A program made the translations under genes and the position numbers. The notes beneath the pieces were generated by a model. That model searched no databases. It saw only the letters and a program-made list of their open reading frames with translations, and had not been told where the DNA came from. A stretch of 64,000 bases of DNA from Gemmatimonadales bacterium (GTDB taxonomy: Bacteria > Gemmatimonadota > Gemmatimonadetes > Gemmatimonadales > GWC2-71-9): positions 49,711-113,710 of the forward strand of contig JBBQFH010000009.1 in assembly GCA_038321865.1 (NCBI GenBank). Reading direction: 5' to 3'. How positions within the stretch are numbered: position 1 is the first letter of the stretch; each line of letters starts with the position of its first letter. Positions 59,599 to 64,000 of this stretch are shown here, piece by piece.

Positions 59599-60783
59599 TC
59601 AGGTTTGCTGCAGCAGGCGCTCGATGTAGGGCCGCTGCTCGGCGTTGCCGTTCACCCGCATCCATTCCTCGAACAGAGCGCGGCTCTCGGCCGCCAGTAT
59701 TCCGCCGATGATGCGCGGCATGCCGCTGTCGGGTCCCTCGGGCGGCGTGACCCGCCCGGTTCCGCTGTCGGCTGGGGCACGGAGGCCGTAGACCACGGTA
59801 TCGACCGCCGTCTCCATCGCCGCGCCGGTGCACATGACGCAGGGTTCCAGCGTCGAGACCAGGAGGATGTCGCGCGCGTCGGCCGGGATCGCGCCCGCCG
59901 CCTGCTGAAAGGCCGCGATTTCGGCGTGGGCCGTCCGCACCCCGGTGCCGGCCATCGTGTTGTACGCCCGCGCCACGACGGTGCCGTCGCCCCGCGCGAT
60001 CACACAGCCGATCGGCGCCTCGCCCGCGGCCAGCCCGTCCCGCGCCGCCTCCAGCGCCGCGCGCATGAGCCGCTCCAGCAGCGCCGAGTCGAGGTGCGAG
60101 GCGCCTGGCGAGGCGAGTGCCAGCACCGCGTCGAGATGGGCCAGCAGGTCGGCGGTGTCGCGCCAGACCCCGCGGGCCCCGGCCCGGAGGAGCGACGCCG
60201 CGTCGTTCCCACCCGACCGGACGCCGAGGCAGACGACGCCGGCGAAGCGGCAGGCCTGGGCATCGTAGACCGTGTCGCCCACCATCGCGCACTGTGCCGG
60301 TGAGAGCCCGAGCTTCTTCACCGCCGCCTGGACGATATCGGGCGAGGGCTTGCTCGCCTCGGCGTCGTCGGCGCCGACCGTCTCGTCCACCAGCTCGCGC
60401 AGATCGATGCCGGCGCTGGCGAACAGCCCGTCGAGGTGCTCCTCGCCGCTCGACGTGGCGAGGGCGGTGCGGATCCCGCGCCGCCGGAGCTCCGCCAGCA
60501 GCTCGCGTGCACCCGGGAAGAGGGCCAGTCGGGTCTTCCGCGCGATGGCGAGAAACGCCTCCTTCTGCGCCTCGCGGAGCCGGTCGCCGTACTTCCGGTC
60601 GGCCGCCTCTCCCAGCACGCTGGGCACCAGCTTGTCGCCGCCCTTCCCGATCTCGACGGCGACGCGATCCGCCGCTATCCGGTAGCCGCACCGGTCGAAC
60701 GCGCGCACCCAGGCCTCGGTGTGGGCCGGGTTGCTGTCGATCAGGGTACCGTCGATATCGAACAGCATCGCGTCGAGCGCCAT
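59599..60783 (-). CDS. HAD-family phosphatase fused to TadA/CDA-type Zn deaminase
   Basis: DIDGT, TSS, KPSPD, GDTVYD; then PIGCVI, TAHAE, TLEPCVMCTGA; start at ATG 60783. Confidence 0.88.
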   Translation of the reverse strand: MALDAMLFDIDGTLIDSNPAHTEAWVRAFDRCGYRIAADRVAVEIGKGGDKLVPSVLGEAADRKYGDRLREAQKEAFLAIARKTRLALFPGARELLAELRRRGIRTALATSSGEEHLDGLFASAGIDLRELVDETVGADDAEASKPSPDIVQAAVKKLGLSPAQCAMVGDTVYDAQACRFAGVVCLGVRSGGNDAASLLRAGARGVWRDTADLLAHLDAVLALASPGASHLDSALLERLMRAALEAARDGLAAGEAPIGCVIARGDGTVVARAYNTMAGTGVRTAHAEIAAFQQAAGAIPADARDILLVSTLEPCVMCTGAAMETAVDTVVYGLRAPADSGTGRVTPPEGPDSGMPRIIGGILAAESRALFEEWMRVNGNAEQRPYIERLLQQT

Positions 60784-60823
60784 CGACGGAACATAGAGCC
60801 GCACTCCCCGGCTGTCACGGCGT

Positions 60824-60854
60824 AAAAAAAGACGCCCGCCGGGAGGCGGGCGTC
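60824..60854 (-). terminator. Rho-independent terminator after degP
   Basis: GACGCCCGCC-TCCC-GGCGGGCGTC followed by T7 on the minus strand. Confidence 0.9.
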
Positions 60855-60876
60855 CGTCCTGCCGCGACGATACGGC

Positions 60877-62472
60877 TCAGGGGGTGCCCAGCCGCACGCG
60901 CTCGATGAAGTGATCCGGCTTCTGGCCCTGCCCGAACACCCGCTGGATGCCCAGCGTCACGACGGTCCCGCTGCCGGCCGCCTTGAGGGCGGCGCGCAGC
61001 TCGGCTTCGGTGCGGACCGGCTTCCCCTCGACCGTTTCGATCACGTCAGCCGCACCGCGCCCCGCCGACGGAGTCGTGAGGCTCAGGTCATAGGCCGGGC
61101 CGCCCGGGGCGATGTCGGTGATCAGCAGTCCCCGTGACGTGCGGGCCAGCCCGAGCTCACCCGCGAGCGAGGGCGTCAGCGCCTGGACGGTCACGCCGAG
61201 CAGGTCCATGGACGAGCCGGCGGTGTTGCTGGCACTGTCGTCCGATGACGAGTCGCCGCCCCGGGCCGAATCGGCGCTGGCGGAGGCATCCGGCAGCGCC
61301 TCGAGCCGCACGTTGTACGTCTTCCGGACACCACCCTTCCGGGCGATCTCGACCCGGACCATGTCGCCCGGCTTCCGGAACCCGACTTCCTGCTGCAGCT
61401 GGCCCACCCGGTTCACCGGCTTGCCGTCTAGCGAGATGATGACATCGCCCGGCTCGATGCCGGCCTTGGCGGCCGGGGAGTCACCGTCGCCGGTGATCTG
61501 GGAGACCAGCACGCCGCGGATCTCGGTCATCCCGACGTACGCCGCATCGTCACGCGAGGCGTCCTTGATGCCGATGCCCAGCGCCGCGCGATGCACCACG
61601 CCCGTCGTGATCAGCTGGTTCATCACGTTCTTGACCAGGTTGATCGGGATGGCGAAGCCGTAGCCCGAGTAGAACCCGGTCTCGCTGGCGATCGCGGAGT
61701 TGATCCCGATGACCTCGCCCTTCACGTTCACCAGCGGCCCGCCCGAGTTGCCCGGGTTGATCGCCGCGTCGGTCTGGATGAAGTCGCTGATGCCGGTCCC
61801 CTGCGGGAGCAGGGTGCCGAGCGAGCGGCCCTTGGCGCTGATGATGCCGGAGGTGACGGTGAAGGTCAGCCCCTCACCCAGCGGGTTCCCGATGGCGAGG
61901 ACCCATTCGCCGATCCGCTCGTCGTCACTGTTGCCCAGCGCCACCGGCTTGAGGGCGGTGGCGTCGATCTTGAGCACGGCGACGTCGGTGTTCGGGTCGG
62001 TGCCGACCAGCCGCGCGGTAAACTCCCGATTGTCGCGCAGCCGGACCGTGATCCGGTCGGACTTCTCAATGACGTGATTGTTGGTGAGGATGAAGCCGTC
62101 GGCCGAAATGATGAATCCCGACCCGCTGCCGCGCTCGATCTGGGGCTGGCGGCGCTGCGGCCGGCCGAAGAACTGCTCCATGCCCGGCGGGAGGCTCCGG
62201 TTGGCGGCCGTCCGGTCGGTGCGCTGGGACTGGATATAGACCACGCTCGGCGTGACGGCATCCGCCACGGCGGCGAAGGCGTTGCTCAGCTGCTCGAGCG
62301 GCTTGGCTTCGGGAATCGAGGGCGCCTGGACGGTGGCGATGGACTGCCGGCCGGGTTCCTGCGCCGATGAGGCGTGGGGCAGATTGAGCAGCCCGGCAAA
62401 CAGGAGGCCGAGGGCGAAGGCGAGGGCCACGAGCCCTCCGAACTTCAACCAGTTGAGCGAGCGTGCGGACAT
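60877..62472 (-). CDS. degP: HtrA/DegP serine protease with two PDZ domains
   Basis: GSGFII, TNNHV, TDVAVLK, QTDAAINPGNSGGPL. Confidence 0.93.
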   Translation of the reverse strand: MSARSLNWLKFGGLVALAFALGLLFAGLLNLPHASSAQEPGRQSIATVQAPSIPEAKPLEQLSNAFAAVADAVTPSVVYIQSQRTDRTAANRSLPPGMEQFFGRPQRRQPQIERGSGSGFIISADGFILTNNHVIEKSDRITVRLRDNREFTARLVGTDPNTDVAVLKIDATALKPVALGNSDDERIGEWVLAIGNPLGEGLTFTVTSGIISAKGRSLGTLLPQGTGISDFIQTDAAINPGNSGGPLVNVKGEVIGINSAIASETGFYSGYGFAIPINLVKNVMNQLITTGVVHRAALGIGIKDASRDDAAYVGMTEIRGVLVSQITGDGDSPAAKAGIEPGDVIISLDGKPVNRVGQLQQEVGFRKPGDMVRVEIARKGGVRKTYNVRLEALPDASASADSARGGDSSSDDSASNTAGSSMDLLGVTVQALTPSLAGELGLARTSRGLLITDIAPGGPAYDLSLTTPSAGRGAADVIETVEGKPVRTEAELRAALKAAGSGTVVTLGIQRVFGQGQKPDHFIERVRLGTP

Positions 62473-62549
62473 GGATCGTCCTTCGTCTTTCTTCCCGTTT
62501 GGGCTGGAGGAGGCCGGCGCGGACGCGCCGGCACCCGATGTTCTAATCT

Positions 62550-62576
62550 AACGCAGATGCCCGGGCCGCGGTTTCG
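62550..62576 (-). promoter_or_regulatory. ECF-type promoter upstream of degP
   Basis: CGAAAC-N17-CGTT. Confidence 0.55.
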
Positions 62577-62627
62577 GTCGCGGCCGGGCATCTTTCAACA
62601 TACGCGCGAGTGCCGCGTGATGATGCG

Positions 62628-64000
62628 CTACTTCTTGTCGTCCACGATCTCGTAATCGGCCTCGACCACGTCCTCGGCACCCGGCGCACCCGCTCCGGCA
62701 CCCGCTTCCGCGCCCGGCTGACTCCCCTCCGGGCTCCCTTCCGACGTGCCGGCCTGGCTCTGGTACAGCGCGGCCCCCGCCGCCGAATACGCGGCGTTGA
62801 GCTCGTCCAGCGCCTTCCGGATGCCGTCGGCTTCGCCGGTCCGGAGCGCCTGCTTGCCGCTCTCGACCGCGGTATCGAGCCGGGTCTTGGCCTCGGCCGG
62901 CAGCTTGTCCACCCACTCCTTGCTGTCCTTTTCCACCTTGTAGACCAGGCCGTCGAGCTGGTTCCGGGCCTCGATCTGGTCCCGGCGCGCCTTGTCTTCC
63001 GACGCGTGGGCCTCGGCCGCCTTCACCATCTTGTCGATATCGGTGTCGGACAGGCCGCTGGACGCCTCGATCCGGATCTTCTGCTCCTTGCCGGTCGCCT
63101 TGTCGCGGGCCGACACGTGCAGGATGCCGTTGGCGTCGATGTCGAAGGTCACCTCGACCTGCGGCATCCCGCGCGGCGCGGGTGGAATGCCGGTCAGCTG
63201 GAACTTGCCGATGGTCCGGTTGTCCACCGCCAGCTGGCGCTCGCCCTGGAGGACGTGGATTTCGACGGTCGTCTGGTTGTCCTCCGCGGTCGAGAACGTC
63301 TCCGACTTCTTGGTCGGAATCGTGGTGTTCCGCGGGATCAGGACGGTGGTCACGCCGCCCAGCGTCTCGATGCCCAGGGAGAGGGGGATGACGTCGAGGA
63401 GCAGCACGTCCTTGACCTCGCCCGCGAGCACGCCGCCCTGGATCGCGGCGCCGATGGCGACGACCTCGTCCGGGTTGACCGAGCGGTTCGGCTCCTTGCC
63501 GAAGAACTCCTTCACGAGCTCCTGGATCTTCGGGATACGGGTCGAGCCGCCGACCAGGATCACCTCGTCGATCTGTTTCGGGTCGAGCCCGGCATCCTTG
63601 AGCGCCTGCTTCATCGGCGGAATCGTACGCTGAATAAGATCGTCCACGAGCTGCTCGAACTTGGCCCGCGTGAGCGACATGTTCAGGTGCTTCGGCCCGC
63701 TCTGGTCGGCCGTGATGAACGGCAGGTTGATGTCGGTCTGCTGGGTGCTCGACAGCTCCATCTTGGCCTTCTCGCCGGCTTCCTTGAGGCGCTGGAGCGC
63801 CATCGGATCCTTGGAGAGGTCGATCCCCTGGTCCTTCTTGAACTCGGTGACGAGCCAGTCGATGAGCCGCTGGTCGAAGTCGTCGCCGCCGAGGTGGGTG
63901 TCGCCATTGGTGCTCTTCACCTCGAAGACGCCTTCGGCGAGCTCCAGTACGGAAATGTCGTAGGTGCCGCCGCCCAGGTCGAACACCGCGATCTTCTCTT
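62628..64000 (-). CDS. dnaK: Chaperone DnaK (5'-truncated by window edge)
   Basis: [36 protein letters not shown]. Confidence 0.98.
   Translation of the reverse strand, partial: EKIAVFDLGGGTYDISVLELAEGVFEVKSTNGDTHLGGDDFDQRLIDWLVTEFKKDQGIDLSKDPMALQRLKEAGEKAKMELSSTQQTDINLPFITADQSGPKHLNMSLTRAKFEQLVDDLIQRTIPPMKQALKDAGLDPKQIDEVILVGGSTRIPKIQELVKEFFGKEPNRSVNPDEVVAIGAAIQGGVLAGEVKDVLLLDVIPLSLGIETLGGVTTVLIPRNTTIPTKKSETFSTAEDNQTTVEIHVLQGERQLAVDNRTIGKFQLTGIPPAPRGMPQVEVTFDIDANGILHVSARDKATGKEQKIRIEASSGLSDTDIDKMVKAAEAHASEDKARRDQIEARNQLDGLVYKVEKDSKEWVDKLPAEAKTRLDTAVESGKQALRTGEADGIRKALDELNAAYSAAGAALYQSQAGTSEGSPEGSQPGAEAGAGAGAPGAEDVVEADYEIVDDKK

Noticed and set aside
59599..60100. RibD or dCTP-deaminase antiphage system
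   Set aside because: PCxxC spacing differs from RibD; no reductase or kinase domain and no defence context
57617..60691. 1024-aa ORF as one giant protein
   Set aside because: Its N-terminal part is an alternate frame over two real genes; the M49 lipoprotein starts at 59320

Overview
High-GC bacterial chromosomal window. Gene content and order suggest Gemmatimonadota (inference). It is mostly housekeeping: guaB (partial), two APC permeases, nrnA-nfu-mrp-DUF62, a menG/ubiD/ubiA/ubiX quinone module, mutM, purD, glmM-glmS, dtd-maf, trpE, engB-clpX-clpP-tig-tRNA-Leu, prfC, degP and dnaK (partial). No mobile element, prophage or CRISPR array was seen. Most notable: (1) a 37-aa prolipoprotein missing from the ORF track (strong RBS, LAAC lipobox, 8-residue mature peptide CKSYSAPN), convergent with a divergent Lgt paralog and sharing a hairpin with it, a candidate ribosomal lipopeptide system; (2) a SigW-like ECF operon with a matching [TC]GAAAC-N16/17-CGT[AT] motif at four sites, one overlapping the sigma gene's own stop codon; (3) a HAD phosphatase-deaminase fusion heading a peptidase operon; (4) a cysteine-free Mrp/ApbC; (5) a gene split by a single in-frame TAG; (6) pervasive leaderless promoter architecture; (7) a MarR operator for a quinone/catechol detox cluster; (8) an orphan PilB/GspE-REC fusion. 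All calls come from motif recognition; no database searches were run.
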